Below, piece by piece: positions 47,359 through 56,080 of a stretch of 64,000 nt of DNA (within the stretch, counting starts at the first letter, position 1; each line of letters opens with the position of its first letter). Position numbers and translations under genes: made by a program. The stretch covers positions 32,001-96,000 of IMG/VR virus record IMGVR_UViG_3300013121_000005; one strand, 5' to 3'. The notes beneath the pieces were generated by a model. It did not search any database. It saw only the letters and a list, made by a program, of their open reading frames with translations, and was not told where the DNA came from. The stretch comes from a virus. Taxonomy: Duplodnaviria; Caudoviricetes.

Positions 47359-50300
47359 ATGCCCCCGAAAGTTAAGAAATCGGCGGGTATCTCACACCTT
47401 ATCCGAAGTGCGGGGCATAAAGCTCGTGCAATTGCGGAAGAGCGGTCAGATCAAGGTGATGTTACAGAGATCACTGTAGACGGCCGACAAACCCGCATCT
47501 TCAACGTCCTGAACTACGTCGAGTCCCCGTGGGGGCTGAACATGACGCTGTACCCTGTACAGCGTTTCATTGTGAAGCTTTACTACAACTTACCTCTCGA
47601 TGACAAACTGCCCGAAGAGACGAATCGACGGATTCGGATCTCGGACATGTTCAACACCAAGACCCTATACACCTTCACCGAGAAGGAGTACCTGCAATAC
47701 CTCTACAACGAGGGGCGCTGCAATATCGGGGAGCAGGACCACATGCGGAGGCAACTGACGCTTCCCATTGGGAGAAGGGCGGGGAAGTGTTGCTTACATG
47801 GTACGATATGTGCTACATCGGAGGGGTTCCGAGAAATTCAAGACCTTGGGGACCCAAACGGTCCTGAGTATCAGCCTCTTAAAGTCGGGGTTGCTCAAGA
47901 GGGATCAAAGAGGTCAACGTCTGCTTACTTCTATAATGGAGGGGTGAGAGACACGATCCGGGTTCGTAGTCGGTGTGGGTATGAGATTGAGGGTACCCCC
48001 AATCATCGTATCCGTGTGATGGCCGAGGACGGGACCATTCAGTGGCGGTTCCTTGGAGACATGCGGGTAGGGGACCGAATTGGAATCCACCGTAAGACGG
48101 ATCTTTGGGCGTCCGCCCCTTTTGAGACCTCGGCGTACCATCCCCCCTTCAGTGGCAGAGAGATCGAACTCCCAGAAGTCATTAATGAAAGGTGGGCTAC
48201 TCTGCTCGGGGTGCTTGTGGGGGATGGTTCTTGGAACTACCCTTCAACGTTGGAGGTTACGGTTGGCCCTTACCAGGAGTGGCTCACACAGGTTGAGGAA
48301 CTGTTTCGTAGCACTTTAGGTCGTGTGCGAGTGATCAAGGAATCCCATCGTGATGTTTTTAGAGTCCGATGTTATTCCCTCAGAGCCCGACAGTTTTTTT
48401 CGGGTATTGGCTACACACTCAACGTAGCCAGTGATGCTAAGCGGATCCCGTGGGTTATTTGGCGTTCTCCGAAGTCGGTTGTTGCAGCATTTCTTCGAGG
48501 TCTCTTCGAGACTGATGGGGGTGTTGAGCGGGGCGGTCGTATCGTTTCCTTTTCCACCGCCAGTCAGAAGCTCGCCAGTGAGCTTCAACTTCTCCTCTTG
48601 AACTTTGGAATCGTCTCTCGGGTCAAACCTCGTTTCAACAAGCGGTACTCGAAGACGTACTATCATTTGACAGTACTTGGCGCGGAGTCTGTTAGGCTTT
48701 TCTCCAGTGAGATCGGCTTCCTAAGCGAGCGAAAAAACGCCCTTTTGCGGGCTCATATCACCAAGGGGGATCTCGGGAACAAGAGCCCTACGGAGTCAAT
48801 CCCATTTCAACGTGTATGGTGTCGTCGGCTTCTTGAGTCAGTCCCAAAAAACACTGGGGACCATGCGAGAGGTAAAGCGCTGGGTTGGAGGAGAAGCCTT
48901 CTCCGTGCAGCTCTTGGTAACGTCATCAAGAGCACGACGGAAGACCTGTCTTATCCTCGTCTTCGCGCTGCTCTTGCAGTGGCTCGTGAAGTTGGGGCTT
49001 CACAGGAAGCTGTCGCCCATTTTGAAACCTTACTTGGAGCTGGTTACTTTTACGACGAAGTAACCGAGATTACTCCAAGTCGTGGGAGGGTCTACGACCT
49101 TACGGTCCCCGATGGGGAGTCGTTCGTCGCCAACGGCATGACGAACCACAACACGACCCTATCCGCCATTTTTGCAAGCTACGAGCTGTATCGGCTTCTT
49201 TCCTTGGGGAATCCCCAGGACTATTATGGGCTTCCGAATGGCAACCGTATCCAGATTATCTCGGTTGCAACCGACAAGGACCAGGCGGGTCTGCTCTTCA
49301 ATGACGTGACCTCGCACATGGCGAAGTGCGAGTTCTTCAAGCCGTACATCGCGAACAACACCCTCTCCTACGTTCAGCTTCGGACCCCCTACGACATCGA
49401 GAGATACGGTCCGACGGTCCGCCACGAGAGCGGCAAGTTCGCTAGTTTCAACGGTAAAGCGTCTATCCGTGTTACCTTCAAGGCGAGCATCTCGAAGGGT
49501 CTTCGTGGCTCGGGTAACGTCGTCATTATCCTTGACGAGATCGCCCACTTCCAAGAAAAGGGGACTAGCTCAGCCAAGGACATCTACGACGCCATCACCC
49601 CGTCCGCTGCTGCTTTCTCACCCAAGGATCCGAACGATTCAACACGTCCCGTCGGTCCTGTTGAAAGCCGGATCATCTGTATCTCGTCGCCCCTCAACAA
49701 GTCAGGTAAGTTTTACGAACTGTACCACCTCGGCATGAGCCGAGCTGCTGGCTCGGAGAACATGCTGGTCATCCAGGCTCCAACCTGGGAGGTCAACCCG
49801 ACGATCGAGTCCTCCTACTACCGCGAGAAGTACCACGAGGACCCAGCCGTCTTCATGACGGAGCACGGGGCCCTGTTTTCGGATCGGGTCAGGGGTTGGA
49901 TTGAACGCGAACAGGACCTTGTTGATTGCATCCGAACTGATCTTCGTCCAAAAAGTTACGGGCCTCCTCGGTTCCCTCATCAGATTGGGGTTGACGTGGG
50001 TATGGTGGGTGACGGTACGACGGTCGCCATTACCCATTGTGAGGGGCCGAACATCGTCCTCGATTACCATGAGGCTTGGTACGCGGGCGTCCCGTGGAAG
50101 AAGACGAACCCTCACTTGACGGCTCCCTTGGTGGAGTACGCCAAGACGTTAGAGTCGGTTGATCGTCTTGATTTTGACGAGATTGCTAACTGGATTTTCG
50201 AGCTGTCGAAGCGATTTTACCTGACTTCTGGGTTGTTTGACCGATGGAATGGTCTCCCGTTGGAGCAGGCTCTTCACAAGAAGGGTCTTAAGCAGTTTCG

Positions 50301-50718
50301 CAGCGAGTTTTTCACTAGAGACGACAGAAGCCGCATGTTCCAGGCCATGAAGCTTATGTTGTTTGATCGTAGGGTTGTGTTGTATGACTGGCCTTTACCA
50401 AAGGAGGGGGAGGCACAGTCAAAGCACTCTCCTTTGATCGAGGAGATTTTGAGCCTCCAGGCTCAACAAATGGCTCGTAACCAGATTTTGGTTGAGGCCC
50501 CTAAGATTGCTGGGGCTCATGATGACATTTCAGATGCTTTGGTTCGAGCAGTTTGGCAGTCTCTTGAGAGGATTTCGACCCAGAAAATAACGGCCCCCCT
50601 AGGGGATTTCCATCCCCAGTCTCGTGGTATTAGCCTGCCTCATTATCAGTTGATGCGTGCTAGGAAGCATGGGATCCATAGGGATCGTCTTGTACCTCGT
50701 TCCTTGAGGAGGAGATGA
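47359..50718 (+). CDS. terL: Terminase large subunit (intein-containing)
   Basis: Spliced Walker A GRRAGKTT, IILDEIAH, ISSP, nuclease GVDVG..DGT and HDD.SDA. Confidence 0.9.
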   Translation: MPPKVKKSAGISHLIRSAGHKARAIAEERSDQGDVTEITVDGRQTRIFNVLNYVESPWGLNMTLYPVQRFIVKLYYNLPLDDKLPEETNRRIRISDMFNTKTLYTFTEKEYLQYLYNEGRCNIGEQDHMRRQLTLPIGRRAGKCCLHGTICATSEGFREIQDLGDPNGPEYQPLKVGVAQEGSKRSTSAYFYNGGVRDTIRVRSRCGYEIEGTPNHRIRVMAEDGTIQWRFLGDMRVGDRIGIHRKTDLWASAPFETSAYHPPFSGREIELPEVINERWATLLGVLVGDGSWNYPSTLEVTVGPYQEWLTQVEELFRSTLGRVRVIKESHRDVFRVRCYSLRARQFFSGIGYTLNVASDAKRIPWVIWRSPKSVVAAFLRGLFETDGGVERGGRIVSFSTASQKLASELQLLLLNFGIVSRVKPRFNKRYSKTYYHLTVLGAESVRLFSSEIGFLSERKNALLRAHITKGDLGNKSPTESIPFQRVWCRRLLESVPKNTGDHARGKALGWRRSLLRAALGNVIKSTTEDLSYPRLRAALAVAREVGASQEAVAHFETLLGAGYFYDEVTEITPSRGRVYDLTVPDGESFVANGMTNHNTTLSAIFASYELYRLLSLGNPQDYYGLPNGNRIQIISVATDKDQAGLLFNDVTSHMAKCEFFKPYIANNTLSYVQLRTPYDIERYGPTVRHESGKFASFNGKASIRVTFKASISKGLRGSGNVVIILDEIAHFQEKGTSSAKDIYDAITPSAAAFSPKDPNDSTRPVGPVESRIICISSPLNKSGKFYELYHLGMSRAAGSENMLVIQAPTWEVNPTIESSYYREKYHEDPAVFMTEHGALFSDRVRGWIEREQDLVDCIRTDLRPKSYGPPRFPHQIGVDVGMVGDGTTVAITHCEGPNIVLDYHEAWYAGVPWKKTNPHLTAPLVEYAKTLESVDRLDFDEIANWIFELSKRFYLTSGLFDRWNGLPLEQALHKKGLKQFRSEFFTRDDRSRMFQAMKLMLFDRRVVLYDWPLPKEGEAQSKHSPLIEEILSLQAQQMARNQILVEAPKIAGAHDDISDALVRAVWQSLERISTQKITAPLGDFHPQSRGISLPHYQLMRARKHGIHRDRLVPRSLRRR
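47788..49152 (+). mobile_element. Intein (455 aa) with LAGLIDADG homing endonuclease
   Basis: N-terminal C, TPNH block B, LLGVLVGDG and FLRGLFETDG, VYDLTV..FVANG..HN followed by T. Confidence 0.93.
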
Positions 50719-50719
50719 C

Positions 50720-51775
50720 ATGGGGCTTGTTTACCTAGACTCAATTGCACTTCGAGTGGCGGCTCGGTACAAGTCCAAGAAGACTTTGGAGTCTGGGACG
50801 GTTGTGTACGAGTATGGTCCTCGCCAGATAGCAAATCGCAATCGCCAGAAGGCGGAGCGGGTTGAGAAGCTTCGGCAGTCTATCAACAAGCTCCGAAAGA
50901 AGGTCATGTCTGACCTCAAGAGTGATGACCTGAAGACCAAGCTGACAGCTTTGGCTGTGGCCCTCATCGACCACACTTACGAGCGCGTTGGGAACGAGGA
51001 CTCGGCTGAGGGGGGTCATTTTGGAGTCACGGGCTGGCAACGTCAGCATGTGACCTTTGGGAAGGGTACCGCGACGATCAAGTACGTTGGGAAGTCTGGT
51101 GTCAAGCATGAGAAGAAGATCAAGGACGGCACCATCCTCTCGGCTCTTCGTTCGGCTTACGACGCTGTTGAGGAGAACGAGAGCAGCATCTTCGCCCACA
51201 AGGACGCAACCGTGTCCTCGAAGGAGGTCAACGAGTACCTCAAAGACTTCGACATTACGGCTAAGGACCTTCGCGGGTTTCATGCGAACCGTGAGATGCA
51301 AGAACGGCTGAAGGGTATCCGGAGCAAGGGCCCCGAGCTTCCTCGGGAGCGCAAGGCAAAGGACAAGATTCTCAAGTCCGAGTTCAAGAAGGCTCTTGAG
51401 GGGACTGCTGAAGCGGTCGGACATGAAGCTTCAACTCTACGGAGCCAGTACCTCGTCCCTTCTCTGGAGGAAGCCTACCTACACGACGGCTCTGTTATCG
51501 AGAAGTTGAACGAGAAGGTGGCTATGGAGTGCAGCCCAGACCCGCCTTTGTTGTTCGCAGATCGGATCATCCGTCAACTTGTGGACCATATGTTAGGGGC
51601 TGATCTCATTGTCGAAGAGAACGACTTCCAAGTCATTCGTTCCGTTTTTCGGAGTTGTAGTGGAAGTTGGGAGAAGATTCTGAGTGGGGATCCCGTTCAC
51701 AATGAGTTGCTGAAAACGGTGGTTACTTCTTGGGGTCAGATGCCTGGGCGCAAGAAGGACATGGAGCGCGTCTGA
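50720..51775 (+). CDS. DNA topoisomerase IB with C-terminal extension
   Basis: RVGNE, GKSG, TAKDLR, VGH..STLRSQY catalytic set. Confidence 0.9.
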   Translation: MGLVYLDSIALRVAARYKSKKTLESGTVVYEYGPRQIANRNRQKAERVEKLRQSINKLRKKVMSDLKSDDLKTKLTALAVALIDHTYERVGNEDSAEGGHFGVTGWQRQHVTFGKGTATIKYVGKSGVKHEKKIKDGTILSALRSAYDAVEENESSIFAHKDATVSSKEVNEYLKDFDITAKDLRGFHANREMQERLKGIRSKGPELPRERKAKDKILKSEFKKALEGTAEAVGHEASTLRSQYLVPSLEEAYLHDGSVIEKLNEKVAMECSPDPPLLFADRIIRQLVDHMLGADLIVEENDFQVIRSVFRSCSGSWEKILSGDPVHNELLKTVVTSWGQMPGRKKDMERV

Positions 51776-52293
51776 TGGAACTGCCCCGGTCTAGAGATTG
51801 TATCGCCTTGATGAAAGGTGATGCCTACCCGGTTACGGTTTCGACCGCTATGGCTGTTGGCGGGTGGCAGGGGGGTCAAGGAGTTCAATGGGTATCGTCC
51901 TCTAAGGATGAATTCCTGGTGACCTACTCGGATGGGTATTACGCCGGGTTCATGCTCTGGGGGTCAAATGAGGAGGGGGACAAGCACACGGCGATGTCGG
52001 GGAACCAATCATTCTACCGATTTGCCACATGTGGTGCGGGGGGCTGGCAAATCTCAACTCGAAGCTATGAGAAGTACACTTACGCCTCTAGGATTGGAGG
52101 TGGGCCCCTTGTCCCCATTACCTACAATGCGAGTGACCGACTTGTTTTTAGTTTGAGGGGTTACTGGACGGTCCAGGATGAGTGGACCCTTTCGGGAGAC
52201 CCTCGGGGGGCTAACACCTATTACATAGGGTTTGTGTCTCAGGTTCCAAGTGCGGTGAACAACTTTTACTTAGGCATTCAGGTAAGCATCTAG
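51775..52293 (+). CDS. Virion-cluster paralog 1 (possible head decoration)
   Basis: RSRDC..KGD..GW.GGQGV.W shared with two downstream genes. Confidence 0.75.
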   Translation: MELPRSRDCIALMKGDAYPVTVSTAMAVGGWQGGQGVQWVSSSKDEFLVTYSDGYYAGFMLWGSNEEGDKHTAMSGNQSFYRFATCGAGGWQISTRSYEKYTYASRIGGGPLVPITYNASDRLVFSLRGYWTVQDEWTLSGDPRGANTYYIGFVSQVPSAVNNFYLGIQVSI

Positions 52294-52308
52294 GAAGGAG
52301 CTAGTCTC

Positions 52309-52629
52309 ATGGAAGAACGTTGGAAGGTTTCATCAGTAGATGAGCTGTCTGTGTTTGTCACAGATGCTAAAAACCTAAGTAAGAAGTATATTGAAGATAG
52401 TGTACGTATGGTTGACCAGTACCTTGCAACGGTAAAGCCAATTTTGGCTAGATTAGGTGCTATGCCAGAACGTGCTTTGGGAGGTGAAAAAGCTACGCTT
52501 GAGGCGATAATGAGGTCTGCACAAGAGATGAAGGTCCTTTTCAACTACGAAGCTAATAGCATCTCATTTACCTACCTAGTCAGGGTTGAAGAGACTGCAC
52601 GTAGGCTGTTACAGAAAGCAAGGCGTTAG
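52309..52629 (+). CDS. Hypothetical helical protein (more AT-rich)
   Basis: AGGAG RBS; lies between paralogs. Confidence 0.65.
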   Translation: MEERWKVSSVDELSVFVTDAKNLSKKYIEDSVRMVDQYLATVKPILARLGAMPERALGGEKATLEAIMRSAQEMKVLFNYEANSISFTYLVRVEETARRLLQKARR

Positions 52630-52637
52630 CCACGATC

Positions 52638-52684
52638 GTGAAGCTGGCGTAGGCTGCCTCGACGGCGGCCTACGCCAGCTTCAC
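52638..52684. repeat. 21-bp inverted repeat
   Basis: GTGAAGCTGGCGTAGGCTGCC-TCGAC-GGCGGCCTACGCCAGCTTCAC. Confidence 0.9.
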
Positions 52685-52733
52685 AACTATTTCATGATGG
52701 AGGTTGAAGGAACGGTAGGGCATAGGTAACCAG

Positions 52734-53258
52734 ATGAATATGCAAAGCTTCCCACGTAATCGAGATTGTGTGGTCCTTTTCAAAGGGGATGCCTATGCAG
52801 TTGCAGTGTCTTCCCAAATGCGTGCTCAGGGGTGGCAGGGAGGGCAAGGCGTAAGATGGGACTCAAGTAGTCGAGACGAGTTCCAGGTTACGTTCTCTGA
52901 TGGCCTCTATGGGGGCTTTTTGCTTTGGGGCTCTAGTGAAGATTCGGATCAGTTTGTTTCTCTGACAGGTGCGCAACCCTTGTATGGGTTTGGCCTCCTT
53001 TGCACAGGCGGGTGGTTGATTTCCACTCGAACCTTTGAGCGGTACACCTATGCTTCGAGGATTGCTGGCGGTCCTTTGGTTGCATTGAACTATCTGGTTG
53101 GGGAAAGAGTTCGGTTTTCCCTTCGTGGGTGGTTTACGAAGGAGGACGAGTGGACTCTTTCGGCGGACCCTCGGGGGGCTAACGGTTACTTCGTTGGTAG
53201 TGTTGTCCAATCTCCGTCTGTTGCTGCTAACTACCTGACCTTGCAGACATCTATATGA
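52734..53258 (+). CDS. Virion-cluster paralog 2
   Basis: Colinear similarity to 51775..52293. Confidence 0.75.
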   Translation: MNMQSFPRNRDCVVLFKGDAYAVAVSSQMRAQGWQGGQGVRWDSSSRDEFQVTFSDGLYGGFLLWGSSEDSDQFVSLTGAQPLYGFGLLCTGGWLISTRTFERYTYASRIAGGPLVALNYLVGERVRFSLRGWFTKEDEWTLSADPRGANGYFVGSVVQSPSVAANYLTLQTSI

Positions 53259-53265
53259 GGTTTGT

Positions 53266-53787
53266 TTGATGCCTGAGATCATCCGTTCTCGTGACTGCGA
53301 GGTCTACTTTAAAGGTGACACTCAAACGGTTGCTGTTGATGCAGCGATGGTTGCTGGGGGTTGGCCTGGCGGGCAGGGGGTGCAGTGGGCTACCTCTACT
53401 CTGGATGAGAGGGTGGTGACCTATTCCAATGGCCTTTATGGGGGCTTTTTGGTTTGGGGTTCTGATGAGGACGGGGACAAGTTCACATCAATTACACGGC
53501 AGCAGCCTCAGTATCGCTATGCCACCCTGTTTTCTGGGGGCTGTCTGATTTCAACTAGCAGTTACGAAAGGTATACCTATGCCTCTCGGGTTGGCCCTGG
53601 ACCTCTTGTGCCCCTAGTTTACCAAGCCCAGGACATACTTTACTTATCTCTTCGTGGCTTGTGGACCAAGCAAGATGAGATGTCTCTTTCTGGGCACCCT
53701 CTTGCTCCAGCTTTTTTCACAGGCTTTGTGGCCCAAGTACCTAAGGCGAGTAATCGATTCTTCTTGGGAATTCAGACTTCGATGTGA
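53266..53787 (+). CDS. Virion-cluster paralog 3
   Basis: Colinear similarity to 51775..52293. Confidence 0.75.
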   Translation: MMPEIIRSRDCEVYFKGDTQTVAVDAAMVAGGWPGGQGVQWATSTLDERVVTYSNGLYGGFLVWGSDEDGDKFTSITRQQPQYRYATLFSGGCLISTSSYERYTYASRVGPGPLVPLVYQAQDILYLSLRGLWTKQDEMSLSGHPLAPAFFTGFVAQVPKASNRFFLGIQTSM

Positions 53788-54260
53788 AGTGGGGTCCAAT
53801 GCCTTCTAATCAGCAGCTCGAAGAAAGTCAGATGGAGGTTGGGGGTCAGACTCCTGAGGAGTTGTGCGTTGAAGCTCGCCGACTAAGGGGGGTCATTGCT
53901 TCAGCAGCCGAGCAGCTTCACCATCTCTACTCCTTGCTATACCATCAGGCCCGCAGAAGCAAAGCTACCGAAACCACCTACGCTTACATCAATGTGGCTA
54001 ACTCTGGTCGTCGTCTTGCAGGGGCTGTACTTCAAGGCATTCGACGGGCGTCGGCATTTGATCGTGCACTAGAGGTTGCTAGGCAGGAAACTCAAGATCG
54101 GGAGTCTCGTGAGGAGAAGGCATCTCGTGAGGCTGCCCGTGGTAAACGAGACCTTTCTGGGTCTAAGGGTGCGACGATTCGACAGATGCTTCAAGACACT
54201 CAGGATGATGCTGCTTTGTCAAATGACCTTGATAGCCTCTTCGGACAGGAGGAGGGCTGA
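53784..54260 (+). CDS. Hypothetical helical protein
   Basis: ORF coupled to portal. Confidence 0.65.
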   Translation: MKWGPMPSNQQLEESQMEVGGQTPEELCVEARRLRGVIASAAEQLHHLYSLLYHQARRSKATETTYAYINVANSGRRLAGAVLQGIRRASAFDRALEVARQETQDRESREEKASREAARGKRDLSGSKGATIRQMLQDTQDDAALSNDLDSLFGQEEG

Positions 54261-56050
54261 TGTCATCGGATCGGTACACGAATGTTCGTAGGGGGGTGTC
54301 TGGGGCCTCTCAGCTTCAACAGGGCCCTCGTTATCACGCTCCCTATACGTCTAAGGGGGGTTTCTCAACTTTGACCGAGAAAGAGAAACTGGCTCGCAAA
54401 ATCACGAAGACTGCGGTTAGTGGTAGTGTCTCTGGCACGAATACGGCGATGTCTGGGACGAGTTCATTCTTCTCGCCTCAGCTTTCTACTGACTTCTTGG
54501 AGTTGCCTCAGAGCCTACGTGAAAAACGAGAGGTTTTCAGGCACTTTTACAACACGGACCCGATTGTAGGTCAAGCTATTGACCTACATACAGAATTACC
54601 CCTCTCCAAGATTCGTCTGGCGAAGCCAAAGCCTCGAACGTGCCCGGAAGCCTTTAAGAGTCCTGAGGATTACGGCAGGTACATTCTCAGCTTCTTCCAA
54701 AGGATGACTAAGCGGGTGAAGTTGTTTCAACGCTTGATCACTGCCGCACATCACTACTACTTGGATGGCAACGTTTTCATTTTCGCTGAGGATGGGGTTG
54801 TCGATGTGCCTCGTGAGATTGGGCATGAGGTAACTAAAAAAGTATCGCGGACATTGGAGGAAGATGGGACGGGTCGTGAGGAGGTAGAAGAGAACGTTTC
54901 CGAGCTTCCCGACCGGGAAGACCGTGAATTGGCTTACTACCAGAAGCATTACAAGGGCTGGGATAAGCTTATCATCTTGCCCATTGATCAAGTAAAGCTC
55001 ACTAGCTTTAGCTTTGTGGATAAGTTTACCATAGACTTGATCCCTTCAGATCGGGATAGGGCGCTCATCGAGCGAGCTAAAGCTGGGGATGAGATTTCTG
55101 CCAAGATAGTTGATGAGATCCCACCGGAGGTAAGGGACTTCATTGAGTCTGGTAAGTTGATTCCTCTTGGTACGGATCCTGATGAGGGTTCATTTTGCTT
55201 TCACCTGAAAGCACGAGCTGGGGCTGGAGAGGAGCTTGGCGCAAGTCTCTTAGAGCGTTGTCTTAGAACCCTTTACTATCGTGAGAAGCTTCGTCAGGCT
55301 CAGACCCTTATTGCGTCTCGTGCAATGACTCCCAAGCGACTTGTCTGGGGTGAAAACCTTTCGGACACAGATACCGACGACCTTCGTGAGCAGGTGGACC
55401 TTGCTCTTGTCGACCCAGACTACTCGATCGTCACGAACTACGAGGTCCACTGGGAGGAAATTGGAGCCCGGGATAGGCTTCTTGACTTGTCGGGTGAGTA
55501 TGAGATCACGGATAAGCAACTCTATGCTGGTCTTGGGGTGACAGAGAGCCTTCTCAACGGGGAGAGTTCCTTTTCTGGTGACCGTGTGAAGTTGGAGGTT
55601 CTCAACACAAGGTACCTCCTCTTTCGCGAGGTCATCCAGGAGTACGTTGAAGAGTACCTTTTCAAGCCGGTTGCTAAACGGAAGGGTTTCGTAGAGACCG
55701 ATGAATGGGGGGATGAGGTGGTGCTTTTCCCTCGTCTTTCGTTCACTCGGCTCGCTCTCCGCGACAGTCAGGATACGTACGACGCTCTCTTCAATTTGTA
55801 TCAGAAGGGGAGTGTCAATATCGATCTCATTCTGGAGATGTTCAATATTGATCCGGAGGACACCAAAGAGAAGATTGAGCGAGACATGTTCACGGTTAAT
55901 GACGCCGTGTTCAATGAGGTTCTACGTGGGGTCTATGGCGAAGTCGGTAGGCTACTAGCTGAGAAGACCGACATTGTGGACCGAATCGCTCAATACTTGG
56001 GGCTCCAGACCAAGGCTGAACCGGCTGCGGAAGAGCCGGGTCGGTTCTGA
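54260..56050 (+). CDS. Portal protein
   Basis: Y..DPIV..AID, DGNVFI, G.SLLE, LGV..SLL pattern; size and position after TerL. Confidence 0.75.
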   Translation: MSSDRYTNVRRGVSGASQLQQGPRYHAPYTSKGGFSTLTEKEKLARKITKTAVSGSVSGTNTAMSGTSSFFSPQLSTDFLELPQSLREKREVFRHFYNTDPIVGQAIDLHTELPLSKIRLAKPKPRTCPEAFKSPEDYGRYILSFFQRMTKRVKLFQRLITAAHHYYLDGNVFIFAEDGVVDVPREIGHEVTKKVSRTLEEDGTGREEVEENVSELPDREDRELAYYQKHYKGWDKLIILPIDQVKLTSFSFVDKFTIDLIPSDRDRALIERAKAGDEISAKIVDEIPPEVRDFIESGKLIPLGTDPDEGSFCFHLKARAGAGEELGASLLERCLRTLYYREKLRQAQTLIASRAMTPKRLVWGENLSDTDTDDLREQVDLALVDPDYSIVTNYEVHWEEIGARDRLLDLSGEYEITDKQLYAGLGVTESLLNGESSFSGDRVKLEVLNTRYLLFREVIQEYVEEYLFKPVAKRKGFVETDEWGDEVVLFPRLSFTRLALRDSQDTYDALFNLYQKGSVNIDLILEMFNIDPEDTKEKIERDMFTVNDAVFNEVLRGVYGEVGRLLAEKTDIVDRIAQYLGLQTKAEPAAEEPGRF

Positions 56051-56080
56051 TAGTCATCTTGTTTGGTCGAGTGATCGACG

